64,000 nucleotides of DNA from Eledone cirrhosa (GCA_964016885.1 OZ024745.1:25482001-25546000), one strand, 5' to 3'; shown: positions 1 through 14,419, numbered from the stretch's first letter. Numbers and translations: made by a program. The notes: generated by a model from the sequence alone, not told the origin.

Positions 1-19
1 GAAGTATCTTCGCTTCGTT

Positions 20-186
20 AGTGATGGGATGTAAACTTTTATCTAACTTTACGATAATCCGGTGAGTGGACTAAAGCAACAGGAAATAAAGTATCTTGCT
101 CAAGGACACAAAACACCACCGAGATTTGAAATCAACACTTCACGATCTGGAGCCAAACCCCCTTGCCACAAAGATACACACCTTCG
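20..186 (-). mobile_element. tRNA-type SINE, family B (decayed)
   Basis: Reverse complement matches the GAAGGCGCATGG...GTGTCCTTGAGCAAGACACTTTATTTC family also seen at 10268 and 22110. Confidence 0.6.
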
Positions 187-499
187 CATATTCGTTCATA
201 CATATAAGTATAAATAGTTATGTATATACACCTAGATACATGCATACAACATACACACACACACTCTCACATACATACATGCATATATATACATGCCACA
301 CATATATGCATATATACATACGTCATACACATACATATATATATACGTCATACACATACTTATATACACACATATAATACATACATATATATATACATAT
401 ACATATGTACATCCATCTATCCATCATATATTCGTATATACTTATATGCATACATACATTTATACATACGTACGGATATATTTCACGTAGATAGATAGA

Positions 500-2004
500 T
501 TTCTTTATTAGCCACAAGGGCGCACAAGAAAAGGGGACAATACAAAGACATGCCGGGGATTTTACATACAGTCGTGTAAAAAATATAAAAACAAACAATT
601 ACAACAATCGAAATCCCCAATAGGGGCGAGGCGCCACAAATGGGTTGTTTAATACCGCGTCGATAGAACAACCCTCAACTCCAGGAGCGTGTTGTGCAAG
701 TGCTCCTTTCTTCTTTTTTCTCTCTTCCTCAACCTACAGGCTTATAAACAGAGAAGGCCCAATCACTCGGGCCATTTTCGCTTCATTCACCCACCTTTCA
801 GTAAATTTACTGCGGATGCAGTGCCTCTCTCTCCAACCTGATTCTCCTTCTAAAGTGATACTTAAAGAAGGGAATCAATTGTTGTCCGGAGAGAAAGGCA
901 TCTGTCCTCAGTCCTCTCAACCTCGTCCACCATATAACTTCTTTCACCATAGCAACCGTACAGAGGAAAACCGCCTCTCTTTCGTTTTTGAAAGAGGCTG
1001 GCGGTTTGATCCTTACTCGGCAGTCAACTGGATTTGTCCCATACGCGACAGCAGTTGTTCTGCATAGTTCCACAGGTCGGTTACGCCCGGGCAGTGTACA
1101 ATTGCGTGCAGGACTGTTTCAATGTCCTGCGCGCAACTTGGACACGTCCTCTTGGAAGGATCCCTGCCGGGGCGTCCGTGCCTGTAGATCTTGTCACGAA
1201 CCGGTAGAGCTCCTCGGTAGCACAGGCCAGGGACCTCTGGAAGTTGTCCATATGTCCCGGGCGGAAAGTCCTACCAAACAGACTGGTGAGCTCATTGTCT
1301 TCGACGCCCAGAGTCTCCCCGAGCACGTCGTCGCCCTTGTAACGTACAATCCCTCTATAGAATGTCGAAGTGGAGTCTCCACTGATTGCTGCGCCCGCTT
1401 GCCAGAGGACTGAGCGCCTGAGCGCATTCAATGTGCCAGGCGCTCATCGTTTTCGGTCTTTTCTTCACACAGGACTGCAGCTCCATCAGCGAGACGAGCT
1501 GTGGGAAGGCCTGTCTCACAAACGGTGCCCACACCGGTTGGGGGTCGGTGAGGAATACCTGGAGATGCCGCAGCCTCAGTGCATGTTTGCGCATCATCAG
1601 CCACGGTATTCCCAGCCCTCCGTTGGAAGGGTGATGACAGCAGACGGATCTCATCACCAGCGGAGCCTGCTTCTTCCACAGAAACTGGAAGAGCATGCGT
1701 TCCATCTTGGCGAGGTGTTCACGGGGACAAGGCACGACAGTCAAGCGGTAGTAGATGACGGACGCTATGAAAGTGTTCGCCACCTCCGCTCGACCTTTCA
1801 AGGACAGTTTGCACTCTGCCCACTTCTGGGTGAGTGCAAACACCTTAGCCGTGACTTCGTTCCAGTTTTTCTCCACCTAGCGGTCTGGACCGAACCAGAC
1901 CCCGAGCAATTTCACCGGTCCGTCCGTCCGTCCAGCGTCCAACGACGCTGTCGGACGTCATCGGTTTGCTTCTCCACGTACCGAGTTGCAAACCAACAGA
2001 TTTC
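500..2004 (-). mobile_element. 5'-truncated, frameshifted Tx1-clade LINE (ORF2 C-terminal part and 3'UTR)
   Basis: Minus-strand peptides (KLSLKGRAEVANTFIASVIYYRLTVVPCP, MDNFQRSLA, AKEVIWWTRL-like) align with ORF2 at 28920-30194. Stop near 734-736, 3' end AATAAAGAA, flanked by (GATA)n on both sides. Confidence 0.92.
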
Positions 2005-2005
2005 A

Positions 2006-2006
2006 T

Positions 2007-2061
<55 letters not shown>

Positions 2062-2160
2062 TTCATACATAGATACATAGATACATAGATACATACATAC
2101 ACACATACATACATGCATGCATGCATACATACATATACATTCATACATAGATACATACAT
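2006..2160. repeat. (GATA)n/(CATA)n microsatellite
   Basis: Read directly. Confidence 0.95.
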
Positions 2161-2510
2161 GATGATGGCTGCCCCCTCGTTATCGAGTATGGCCATTGCA
2201 CGATATACCATTATTAATAATTATTAATTAATTCTATCGTGCAATGCCTGTACGTGAAGATATTTTTTAAAGTGTGCAAAGACTGTGCACTGAGCCAATC
2301 CCACTCTCTGAGCGACAGTAGCTATAACCCGAAAATAAGAAAAGATCAACATCATCGGTAACTACTGAGCCGCAGGTTTTATATCGGAGTTATCCCAGTT
2401 TCCTGAGTTGCCTTCTTCTAGAAGAATGCCCTGACAAAGGCTAGGGGTCCTTCACTCCCAGTGGTTTAACCGCGCGATCGAGTGTCCAGCCCGACTATTT
2501 CTATGTCCCC
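2161..2510 (-). mobile_element. short non-autonomous RTE-derived element (5'UTR part joined to 3' terminus)
   Basis: Reverse complement is similar to 14610-14820 and to the terminus at 14994-15026 (TGGCCRTACTCGA.AACGAG..GGCAGCCA). Confidence 0.7.
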
Positions 2511-2590
2511 GCGCATATACATACACATGCACCCATATATATATACATATATACATACATATGTACATGTGCATATACATATTTACACAC

Positions 2591-2785
2591 TTTTGGATGG
2601 CCGTTGACTCTTATGAGTTCTTCCGCCCTTTGTCAGGTTTTGTTTTTTGTTCTGCAGGGTGTCCAAAATCACCCTCCTCACCAAGTAAACTTAGTGGGGT
2701 TGCCGGTTTAGTCGCTAACGACCCGACCATGCAACAGGTTGTACTGGGTTACATGTTTCCAGTAGCACTCAAGAGTGACCCGACA
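2591..2785 (-). mobile_element. 5' head of the RTE-derived element family
   Basis: Reverse complement aligns with 14420-14612 and 17303-17495. Confidence 0.85.
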
Positions 2786-2880
2786 TAATACATAACTACA
2801 TATATACATACATACATACATACACACATACATACACACATACATACATACACATATACATACATACATACATACATACA

Positions 2881-2912
<32 letters not shown>

Positions 2913-5900
2913 CAACTATAATGAAAAGATCAATCAGGTGCAAGAAACCTGATACGATTCCCTATGACTGGAAAGAAAAGACGTACTGTTATGGAGCGGA
3001 TGTGAATGTATCGTCTGAAGTTGCAGACGAACATCTATGGGGAATTAATGCAAAACTGAAAGCTCGTCCACACAAGCAATAAATTCTCATTTATGACCAC
3101 CGTCTAGGTACAATGGGCTTATAACGACAGATTTACATAGAAACCTGGAAATGTTGGAGGTTTCTATAAAAGGTAAAAAGAACCCCCACTAATTCCTATC
3201 TCGATTCTATTGATTAATGTTACAGCGAATATATTTCTTGTTTTATTGTTTATGCCCAGGTCAGTCTTAATAGAACAAAGCTATAATTGTTTCTGCTTTT
3301 GGCACAAGGCCAGCAGTCATCTCAGTGCATTACTGGTACTTTATTGCTCTTCAAAAATATAAATAACGAAATTAGAGTATATATAAAGAGAGAGATATGT
3401 AAAATCCCTCCCCAGTCTCAGCACCGCAGATTCTCTCTCTCTCTCTCTTTCTCTCTCTCCCCCTCTCCCTCCCCCTTCCTCTCTCTCTCTCCCTCTCCCC
3501 CTTCTCTCTCTCCCTCTCCTTCTCTCTTTACGCACACACAAACACACACATATATATAAGATTTCGTTATGTGCGTGTGTATGTTATTAAGTACATATAT
3601 ACGTCAATACAGTTTTTAAATCAACATTTTTAATGAAAAAAACAAAATGTAAATGCTGGTTGGATTAATTTAATTTAGTAATTTAATAATATTTATTAAT
3701 CTACTTATAAAGTATTATGTAATTCTATTTAACACTGTTTAAAGTTTTAAATTAACGTATCTTTTTTTCTTTATATATATATAGGAAAAAGTATGACCCC
3801 GACGGCAGAGCTCAATCCGTTTCGACAGCTAGATCCAAACTATATATATATTTGTTACAGTTATAACTTATGGTTTATAACTTTTAAAAAACATTCAAAG
3901 AAATGTGAATATTCGTTGGGAAGATGGCAAAAGGGTGTCACCAATGTGATTAAAATGTGAAATAATAAAATTCAAGAAAACTGATTATGGCCTGAGTCGG
4001 CCAAATAACACTGATCAAACCCTGATTCGAAACTGGGACCATGAGGCGACTTGTGCCTATCTTTCTACACACCAGTCAGCATTCTCTCAAGCTGTCTGGA
4101 CTTGTATCACTGTAGCGATGGTATAGGTTACTGATATCAACGATTTCTGTCACCCCCCCCCCCCCCCCCCCCACACACGCGCACGGACTCACACACATAC
4201 ACGCATTCTCTCTCTCTTTCTCTCTCTCTAATTATCCAAATAATCTAATATCCAACCAATTGCCAATATAAACGAAAATATAAATAAGAAAATCACTTCG
4301 GTACCCCATTTTTTATAGATCAAGTTGGTCCTCTGCTTCACATCTCTATACAGGGGACATATTATTCCTTGACTTTAACCCTCATAAAAATTCACTCCTT
4401 TATCTTTGCCATATTTACATTTAGTAACTACTTAGAAAGGTATTGAAATTCTTTCTACCCATTGCTTTTTCATTAAACTAATTTTAATATAAAAAAGTAA
4501 TATAAATATCTTTATGTGATCAATTAAAACGACAGGTTCGGTATTGTTTATTCCTTACACATACGTTGGCCTTAATGACCAGTCACGTTTAATATAGTCC
4601 CATAGCACATAAAAAACAACAACAATGTGTTGTCGAATCTGTCCGCCTATCCATTACCATATCAGTAACTCTGAGATCTCCCCAGAGATTCCATTGATGA
4701 ACATCGTGTTGAATGATATCAAAGAGTATATACCCATGTTATCAGGTTTCTTTTTGTTAGACAGGGTTGAAAAGGGGGATGTATGACTTTACATTCTTGG
4801 TATACAGTAACGCAGTTTTAAAGCTTCTTTGTTTAAGTTTAGAATAATAGATTGTGGAAAAGAACAGTTCATAAATATACAGTAATGGAATATTGTGGGG
4901 AACGGAGTCATCTTATATTTGACGACGGAAAACAGTACCACTTTACTTGGATTAAGAGACGCTAGTAAAATATACCACGAACCGGAGACGAACTCGAAAA
5001 TAGTCCATTGATGTCATAGCAACAGAAAAGTGGAAAATTGCTAAATGACATTTCTTTTGTCTTGAAGCGAAAAGCGTTGGCGAGCGATTGGAAAGTTTGG
5101 TGGACGATCTAGGATTTTGAGTATTAAGAAGGTATTTCAACACATGCTACTCGAAAAAATATATTCAAATGAATGCGAATAACCTGTATAAAAACAACTC
5201 GGAGGCTAAATAGAGATAAGAAACCAGTAAGAAACTTTTACGAAACATTTTTGGTATACTTTTGAATATTTACTATACATGTGGGCGGTGGAAAATTTTT
5301 CCATGTGAAAATGGGCGATGACGCAAAACAGGGTAGACAACCCCTGTTTTAGACAGTTCTTGACTATATAACTTTCGATCAAAATTACTTCTGGTATATA
5401 TTCAGGGTGTATAGAAAATCCAGCTTCGTCATAAAATGCAACTTCATCATTACCGATTTTATCACTTCTGGAAGCTAGTCATGTTGGAGAGACGGAATGG
5501 ACACTCTCTATGGGATGAATGCAGGTCTGAGTAGACTATCTTGTGTTTATTCTTTACAAACAATCAACAAGAATAAACAATTGTGTTAACACTACCAAAT
5601 GATCAGTCAGAATCAGAATCTCTTCATTATCTCAATATCATTGGTATAGCGATAAGCATTGGTTATTCTCTTCCTGTTCAGATTATCAGGTGGCTCACTT
5701 GAACCAACAGAGCATATTTTCTACGGTGCTTATAACCTATCTTGGTCACCTATATGATAACCAAATTATAACTGGCATATTTTCATAAGATATGTTGTCT
5801 TCTACAAAATATCACAAACCGACCTCATTTCCCAAACTATATACGCTACTGAAAAAGTGAAGCTAGCTTGGAAATCCGTACCAAAACATATCTACGATGA

Positions 5901-6442
5901 ACATTCTTCGTTTACAAATGAAATAAGAATAAAAAGAAATAAGAATAAAAAGAAATACAAAGTGGAGGAATCACATATAATAAGCTCTTTATGAATCGTC
6001 ACTCCTCAAAGATTCGATTATTATCCGTTCCACACCAAAGGAGGAATCTTGATCAGCTTATTTCTATTAATATGTTAACACTGGTTTAATTATATTTTTA
6101 TGTGGATGGCGTGACGGAGTAATTAACCTTAGTGATTTGATTTTTAACGTATTCTATACTTCGTGAACTTTAGTAATGAAATTAAAATGTTTTACAAATA
6201 TATTTATTTTCCTGCCAAATATAATGATGTCGACACTATCAGATTTCGGTATATGATTCGTCGTCAACAGAAATTAAATCTTTTACTTCTGACTTATTGT
6301 TACGTAGTTAATTTTGTATTCAAAATAGGGACAACCTTTAGTCAACAACACTAACGCTTGGCCTGCAAGAAAATAGCATTCAAATCCCACATAAATCATA
6401 GCTTATATAAACATTCAGATTCACACAGACATATGTATATAC

Positions 6443-6507
<65 letters not shown>

Positions 6508-6957
6508 TATGAAACGAAAGGAGCTATGTGGTTACTAAAAACAAGGTTTAGGATGGTGGTTAGGACGGAACAGGAGGAGAAAGGAAGAAAGGAGTTTCCA
6601 TCGTCAGCTGTAAATGTTTCCCGAATCGATGTTTCGGCGCTTAATTACAGGACATCGGTGTAGTTCGGGTGCGCCCGAGGCCTTTTATTAATCAAAAGGC
6701 CAGGTGGAAAAGGAGAGAGAAAGAGAGAAAAAAGGGAGAGAAAAAGGAGAGAGAAAAGGAAAGAGAGGGAACGGAGGAAGAACAGGGGGGGGGGGGTAAG
6801 GAGAGAGGAAGAAGGGGAAAAAAATAGGAAAGGAATAGGAGAAAAAAAAGTGTACAGGTCCCATCGTGGGAAGACACAGGTGAAAGAAACATGCAAAAAA
6901 GTAACCGTGGAAAAATAGGGAAAGTAAGTTGTGGCCAACCTGGGAGACTTTAGCCTG

Positions 6958-7117
6958 GTGGTCAGCTACGACTCAGAGCTGGTATAATTGTGGTCAGCTA
7001 CGACTCAGAGCTGGTATAATCGTGGTCAGCTACGACTCAGAGCTGGTATAATCGTGGTCAGCTACGACTCAGAGCTGGTATAATCGTGGTCAGCTACGAC
7101 TCAGAGCTGGTATAATC
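6958..7117. repeat. 32-bp minisatellite, 5 copies (GTGGTCAGCTACGACTCAGAGCTGGTATAATC)
   Basis: Near-perfect tandem copies with no spacers. Confidence 0.95.
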
Positions 7118-7283
7118 GTGCTGCCTCTCACATAGACAGGAGAAAGTGAGAGAGAGACACGGGCAACCAAAAGTGAGGAGGAGAAGGGGAGAGAGAAGGG
7201 AGGGTCGATGCGAAAGTGTGGAGGGTACACAGATCGACCAAAGCAGGTAGGGTCACAGCGGTAAATACAAAAAGTTATGAAAC

Positions 7284-7337
<54 letters not shown>

Positions 7338-7735
7338 ATATATATGTATGTGTATATATATATATGTGTGTGTGTGTGTAGTGTGTATGTATAGATATGT
7401 ATATATATGTATATATATATATATATATATCAAAGGTATATATTGAGTTATAAACTCAAAATAATCTCTTACAATTAACTAGCTCAAAGAAAGAGGTTTT
7501 TCTGAGCCGTGTAATATAATTGAATATAAAAGAAAGATAAACACAGATATAAACATATATGTGTTCAAATGGCAAGGGACCAGATTCGCTAGGGTGAAAA
7601 AATACTAACTATTAATAATAGGGTTTACCAGACTCAATTTAAAATAATAAATCAAGAATAGAAATACAAACCGATATTGGGCAACTGCCTTACGAACGAT
7701 TTGAACACATATATGTTTATATCTGTGTTTATCTT

Positions 7736-7815
<80 letters not shown>

Positions 7816-7817
7816 GT

Positions 7818-7888
<71 letters not shown>

Positions 7889-7941
7889 AACATATATACA
7901 TATATATATATACATATATATATATACACATATATATATAC

Positions 7942-8005
<64 letters not shown>

Positions 8006-8489
8006 GTAATCTGAGTTTTTCGAATCTTAACTTTAATAAAGGAAGGTCTGCGGGATTGCGTCCAGAATATATTTTTTAAAATCCCGTTTGTAAAATAAGT
8101 TGCATTACTTTGAAAAAATAATGCTTTCTTTACTTTGAATAAATAATGAATGAATATTACATAATTTATGTGCTAAATTTCGTGGCTGTTGATTAAATAT
8201 ATTTTATAGCTTATTTAAAGATCTTTAAAATTCAATTCTTATAATCGCATATATTGTTCAATTTCTGTGTATATTGTCAATTACGATTTTATTTGATGTA
8301 TCATATTTACATGCATATATATTTGTGTATAATATCAATATACACACTACACATGCGAGCAGAAAACCACCCGTTGGGTGGTTTTTCTGGTAGTATTGAT
8401 ACTAACATTCGATTCGTTTGCAATTATGCAAACAAACCTCAATTTTATAGCCATGTCAGTAGAATGAACCCTTCATTCTTGCTCTGCTC

Positions 8490-8672
8490 TCGTGTTGGCG
8501 AATCGGGGTCGGACGCCATGCTTTGACGTATAGAGTTACGGCCCTTGCCATTCTGAGTTCAAATCTCGCCGAGGTTAACTTTGCCTTTCATCCTTACAGG
8601 GTCGATAAAATAAAGTACCAGTAATGCACTGGGTATTTGCTGGCCTAGTGCCAAACGTAGAAACAATTATTA
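8490..8672 (+). mobile_element. tRNA-type SINE, family A
   Basis: B-box-like GAGTTCAAATC, core GCCTTTCATCCTTAC.GGGTCGATAAAATAAAGTACCAG, tail GGCCT.GTGCCAAA.GTAGAAAC. Confidence 0.8.
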
Positions 8673-8708
8673 ATATTCAAAACACTCAGGTTACATTTAT
8701 TGTATTCA

Positions 8709-8757
<49 letters not shown>

Positions 8758-8848
8758 GAAGTATTTCCGTAGGAAAGGTACAGGAAAAGAGAGTGCTCTA
8801 TGTAGGCTACAGAGCTTTATAGTTATGTAATAAACAACATAAAATAAT

Positions 8849-8916
8849 TATTTCATTTACCAGTGGTTTCTTGAAGACAGATATTTATATCTGTCTTCAG
8901 TCGTCAGACGCAAATA
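8849..8916 (-). ncRNA. candidate hammerhead ribozyme (weak stem I)
   Basis: Minus strand: CTGACGA, long stem II (TGAAGACAGATAT/ATATCTGTCTTCA), GAAA, CCACTGG, TA. Confidence 0.5.
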
Positions 8917-9218
8917 CGCTTATGTGAGAAGGTATACGTCTTCGCGTGGTTGAGTGTGTGTATGTTTATTTTCTGGATATTTATTTATATATTTTTTCCC
9001 TCAATCCTTTTTCCCCGTTATTTGATTTCAGCCTCACTTGGATTGGATTGGATAAACCCGAAGTTTAAGTAAAGATACTTGCTCAAGTTGCCGAACAAGT
9101 TGAATTGAACTGGAGACATCTGGAGACATCATGATTGCGTTGCCAATTTTTCTGAACCACTTAGCCATGTCTAATGTTAACTATTGAACTAAAAAGTAAG
9201 TATTAGGATTATTATTTG

Positions 9219-9405
9219 TGGATTGGCAGTATCGGTAGAGGGTTGGACGCCATGCTTTGCAGCAAAGAGTTACGGCCCTTTATGGTCTGAGTTCAAATCC
9301 CGCCGAGGTTAACTTTGCCCTTCATCCTTACGGGGGTCGATAAAGTAAAGCACCAGTAATACACTGATATAATTGCTGGCCTTGTGCCAAAAGAAGAAAC
9401 AATTA
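9219..9405 (+). mobile_element. SINE family A
   Basis: A-box-like TGGCAGTATCGG, B-box-like GTTCAAATCC, shared core and tail. Confidence 0.85.
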
Positions 9406-10144
9406 TGTGTGTGTGCGTGTGTGCGCGTGTATGTCGGTGTGTGTTGGTGTGTGTATGTGTGTGTGTGTGTTGGTGTGTGTGTGTGCGTTGTTGTCTCAAT
9501 TTTATATCAGACTCAATTTCATTCCTTAGAGATCTTCATTCAGTTCTCAACTCTCAACATTTTGCACAAAGAGACCTGATATTGAAACCGAGACAATCTT
9601 ACAAGAGAGCTCGCTACTGCAATTCCTGATCACCGGGAGGCTAAGAATATCGAGAACTTTTCTCGTACTATAAACGTACCAGACACAGCAGTACTGTCTA
9701 CCAGTAGAAATGCACTTACATTTTATCTACTTCTTTCTCTCGCACCAGACACACTCACACATACACACACACGCACACACACACACACACACACACACGC
9801 GTCGCTTACAGACAAGCTCATAAATTAAGACTCAGACATATGCACACAATCATGTCAACAAAACCTAACTTTGTCACAACCAGACTTTATAATTAGAACA
9901 CCAACATTGCTCTGCGTTCTCGAACGTCTCACATCCCTTCTCTTCCACTGCCCGTCTGTCTGTTTGGCTGTCTGCCTGCCGCCATGTCTGCCTGTCTGTG
10001 TGTCCTCTATCTATCTGTCTGTCTAATGTATGCTTGTCCGACTGTCTACTTTCTTTAATGTTATTGCATATTCAATATTTTTCTTAATTCTTAATTCACT
10101 GGAAGACACCTCAAAATTCAGTTTGACTACAATACATCGGAATA

Positions 10145-10198
<54 letters not shown>

Positions 10199-10267
10199 CT
10201 CTCTGTATATATATATATATATACACATACACACACACATACTGTATATATATATATGCATGTGCGT

Positions 10268-10530
10268 GAAGGCGCATGGCTTAGTATTTAGAGCGTTGTG
10301 AATTCAATTCCTGGACCAGTCGCTGTGTTGTACCCTTGAGCAAGACACTTTATTTCACATTACTCCAGTTTACTCAGCTGTATAAATGAGTTGTTGTCAC
10401 TAGTGCCAAGCAGCATCGACCATTGCCTTTCTCTTGGACAACATCATGGAGAGGGGAGGCTGGTATGCATGGGTGACTGTTGGTCTTCCACAAAAAACCT
10501 TGCAAGTCCCATAGTCATTCGTGTTCGAAG
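10268..10530 (+). mobile_element. SINE family B
   Basis: TGGCTTAGT A-box-like head; CCTTGAGCAAGACACTTTATTTCAC core shared with 22110. Confidence 0.75.
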
Positions 10531-10558
10531 GGAGTCTCTCTCTCTCTCTCGCCCCCCC

Positions 10559-10615
<57 letters not shown>

Positions 10616-10618
<3 letters not shown>

Positions 10619-10782
10619 GGAAAAAATGAAACGAAATCGGGATGTTTGTTTACAAACACACCGAGCATTATAATAAATGTTCGGTGAATCCATACGTACA
10701 TATATATATATGTGCATGTATGTATAGGTATATACATACTACTGTACGTCTGTATACATATATGTATGTACGTGTACATACT

Positions 10783-10785
<3 letters not shown>
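10616..10785 (+). mobile_element. fragment of the 429-bp HHR element family
   Basis: Nearly identical to 59725-59872; lies between (TA)n tracts. Confidence 0.8.
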
Positions 10786-10813
<28 letters not shown>

Positions 10814-10894
10814 AAATATATTATATATAAAATACGAAGTGTGTTTTATAAATTTTGACATAACCAAGGATAATATACCTTAAAACACACTTCG

Positions 10895-10956
10895 TATTTT
10901 ATCTGATGATAGCGTACCAACATTTTTAGTACCCTTGAAATATATATAATAGAATA
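10895..10956 (+). ncRNA. minimal type-I hammerhead ribozyme (family H1)
   Basis: TATTTTAT-CTGATGA-(GTAC..GTAC)-GAAA-TATATA-TA-ATAGAATA. Confidence 0.7.
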
Positions 10957-13316
10957 AATATGGTTTTATAAATATAGTTTCCATTTATTTAATATCATTG
11001 TATATATATATATATATGCATGCACACACACACATCCAGCCAGGCTCACAGACAGACACACACACACACACACATTCAGCCATACATATATGAGCGATAC
11101 ACGCCTACATGTATGTATGTATGTATGTATGTATGTATGTATGTATGTATGTATGTATGTATGTATGTATGTATGTATGTGTTCATATATTTATGTAGTA
11201 TATTTATACATGTATATATTTTTAGGGGTGGGGGAGTTTATAATATATGTTTACGATATTGGGTTATAATCTTAACGGCAAGATTATAAGAAAATAGAAT
11301 GAAAGAAAGAAAAATGGATAGACAGAAAGAAAAAATGTGAGAGAAAGGTAAGAACGAAAGAACGAAAGAAGGAAGGAAGAAAGTATATATAGAAAAGAAG
11401 AAGGAAGTAAAGAAAAGATAAAGGCGTAGCTGTTTTCGACTAACGAGGGAAACCTCTACGTCTTCGCCTGACCTGTTAGAAACAACAGCTAAATCTTCCT
11501 CAGTCCATACTGCTACCACCTTAAAAAATGAAAAGATAAATTAAATATGGCTGTTCAAAATACAAGGCACCAGGATCATAAGCCTAGCAATGATAGCTGA
11601 AACACATTTGATTATAGGGTTAGCTCTCTTGTAAAGCCTGACATGGGTTAAAGGAAAACATTTTTTGTCCAACAGGTTTCATTTTAAACTTCACAAAAAT
11701 GTTATCATTCCTGATATGGTACCTCATTTAGCATTTGTATATTGAGCAGTGAAAACAAGAGAATCGGTAGAGCGGCAAATAAAATTCTTTGTTGTATTTA
11801 GTTACCATTCTTTTTATGTTCAGAGTACAATCCTTGTCGTGATCGATTTTAGCCCGTTCATTGCCGTATTTCTAATGAAATACTCACTATTTTAATTACT
11901 TAGTGAAGAATGTTGAGAGATTTACTAAAATCATTAATTATTTAATTACTAAGATATTAACTTAACATATTAACTTATATAAATTATATTGGAAGATTTT
12001 AATTTAAATAAAAATCCTATAAAATGGGTGGTTTTATTTCTCTGTACCAAAAAGGATTTCTATCTTATCAAAAAGGATTTCTATCTTATCGAAGTTAATG
12101 AAACAAGTAGTGAACTGTAGGGGAAATTGGTTGAGGCGCATGTTCTGACTTTCTGTGCTCTGAGTTCAAATTTTGGCGAAGACAACTTTGTCTTTCATTG
12201 TTTCAAATAACTATAAGCGGTGGATTAAAAAAAAATCTAGAAGAGGTGGATTCTCAGACTTGTTAGAGTCGCAGTATTTGTTCCGAATCTATGCATTCTT
12301 AGTTCAAATCTTGCTTCTTGTCAATGGAAAAACGGCGTCGCTTCTCCCAGCAGTTGCGAACAGGAGAATCAGCAATGGAAAGAACAATGGAAACATTGCT
12401 TCCTCGTTCTATGTTGACGATCGACTTCTTTACTTTCTTTTAAAATATATTATCCAATGCAGTTGTAAGTTATCAAATGAAAGATATTTGCCTGTCGTTT
12501 TCAGCAGATAAAGTGACCTCCTAGAGGCACCTTCATTGGTTTGTCAAATTTATAATTTGATTTTTCAGATGAAGCTTAACATGCGCAAAGAATTCTAGGT
12601 TTTACAATTCCGTATTCGCCAAACCTGTTTCCAATTTTCTCTTGTATCCATTCTTGTATGTTAGTGGCGTTACAATTTCTGACTTCAGAAATCTCTGGAA
12701 TTTTTCTTCGCAATGACACTTCTTCTTATTATTATTGTTTATTTTTCTTCTTTTTTTCCGTTTTTTATTTATTTTTTATTTTTTCAGTTTCATGCCTATG
12801 TTCGTTCGGGGTATGTTCCTGGCATTGTTAAAATTCCTTCAGCTCCGTTGAATGAATCATGAAATTATGCAAACCCTCTTTTAGACATTATCCCCCTCCT
12901 CTCCCCCCTCCTCCTCCCCTTTCTCATCATCATCATCATAATCCTCATCATTATCATCATAATTATCATTATCGTCATCCTCCCTCTCCTTCCCCAACCC
13001 TTCTCACCATCATCAAATGTTTATTTTTATCTAATAGTTCAATAACAGTTGTAGGTAATTGTCAATCTAATCAATTGTAAATCATGTCAGTTATAATAGT
13101 GTAATAATCGTGTTATCCAGTCTTCAAAGCAATGCTAACGCTTGTCACTTAGTGAACAGTAGCTCATGTGACCATAATCTGTTAAATTAGATAACCTCGG
13201 CGTCGTGAACACCAGTGGCTCAGCAAATGATTGACTATCAATTCGACAATGAGTTGGCACAACTGCTCCAGTTGGCGGAGTAATATATAAAAAAAAAAAA
13301 ACCCTAATATATTTAC

Positions 13317-13425
13317 CTAAGCTTTAACATCATCTCCTTCGAAATAGTCCCCTTGAGCAGCAATACACCGGTCCCAGCGTTCCTGCCACTTTTGGAACCC
13401 GGACGCGAAGTCGTTTTCCGTAAGC
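13317..13425 (-). pseudogene. mariner transposase C-terminal fragment
   Basis: Manual minus-strand translation ENDFASGFQKWQERWDRCIAAQGDYFEGDDVKA* matches the typical mariner W..RW..CI...GDYFE terminus. Confidence 0.8.
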
Positions 13426-13447
13426 GAGTCGTATATGGAACTTGAAA

Positions 13448-14075
13448 AAAGATACAAGAAAAAAAAACCCTGATGATCTCGAATGGAACGTTCCTTCTGC
13501 CCTTTCTGGGGCTCGCCACATGTTTAGAATCGAGATGAATCTGAGGACCTTGCGATTTCAGAGTCAGGTTCGATCATTACATCGATCGTGCCTCGAGCTG
13601 GTCACCAGAAACGATTGTAATATGTCTAATAAATTTGATCAGGGATTTTATGGTAGTTCCTGGCTTTTCTACGACTTTAATCTTTAAGTGTAATATGTCT
13701 AATAAATTTGATCAGGGATTTTATGGTAGTTCCTAGCTTTTCTACCACTTTAATTTTTAAGTGGGTCTTTCTTTGGGCCTTTCTACACTGGTTAGCTAAT
13801 TTCTCTCCAGGGGTAGCGTCCACGAACATGACACTCTGGTATCTCTGGTTGTCGTACCATGAGGTGGCTTTCCCTATCTTGTGTTTAGTCCTATCTAAGC
13901 TATTCTATACTCCTGTATAAAAAGATACAAGAAAAAACCCCCTAATGATCTCGAATGGAATGTTCCTTTTGCTCTACCGAGGCTCGCCTCGGGTTTAGAA
14001 TCGAGACATATCTGAGGACCTTGCGATTTCAGAGTCAGGTTGGATCATTACATCGATCGTGCCTCGAGCTGGTCT
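13448..14075. repeat. about 155-bp direct repeat (13448-13603, 13921-14074) enclosing a 73-bp tandem duplication (13616-13762)
   Basis: Direct comparison of the copies. Confidence 0.8.
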
Positions 14076-14197
14076 AATAAATTTTATTCGTCGCACCACT
14101 GATTCTCCGTTTCTTATGTGATATCATACTCTGCTCTGTAAGTGCATCGAGTGCTCAAACGGCATACCGCTTACGGACGATTTAAGCATTTCACACC

Positions 14198-14255
<58 letters not shown>

Positions 14256-14285
14256 AAATATATATATGTATGTATATATATATAT

Positions 14286-14316
<31 letters not shown>

Positions 14317-14419
14317 ATATATATGTACATATGTGTATATATATATGTGTATATATATATATGTATGTAAATATATATGTATGTAAATATATACATATAT
14401 ATATACATATATATTTATG

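Noticed and set aside
1370-2014. Plus-strand ORFs over the truncated Tx1, and antisense ORFs within 25043-29877 and 36300-37310
   Set aside because: Shadow ORFs of GC-rich retroelement coding sequence
4500-6350. Possible host exons in non-repetitive stretches
   Set aside because: No long ORF, recognisable domain or convincing splice pair; small exons cannot be excluded by eye
6958-7117. 32-bp repeats (and 28-bp repeats at 58209) as a CRISPR array
   Set aside because: No unique spacers, no cas genes, eukaryotic context
9219-9310. tRNA genes at the A/B-box motifs
   Set aside because: No cloverleaf; they continue into SINE bodies
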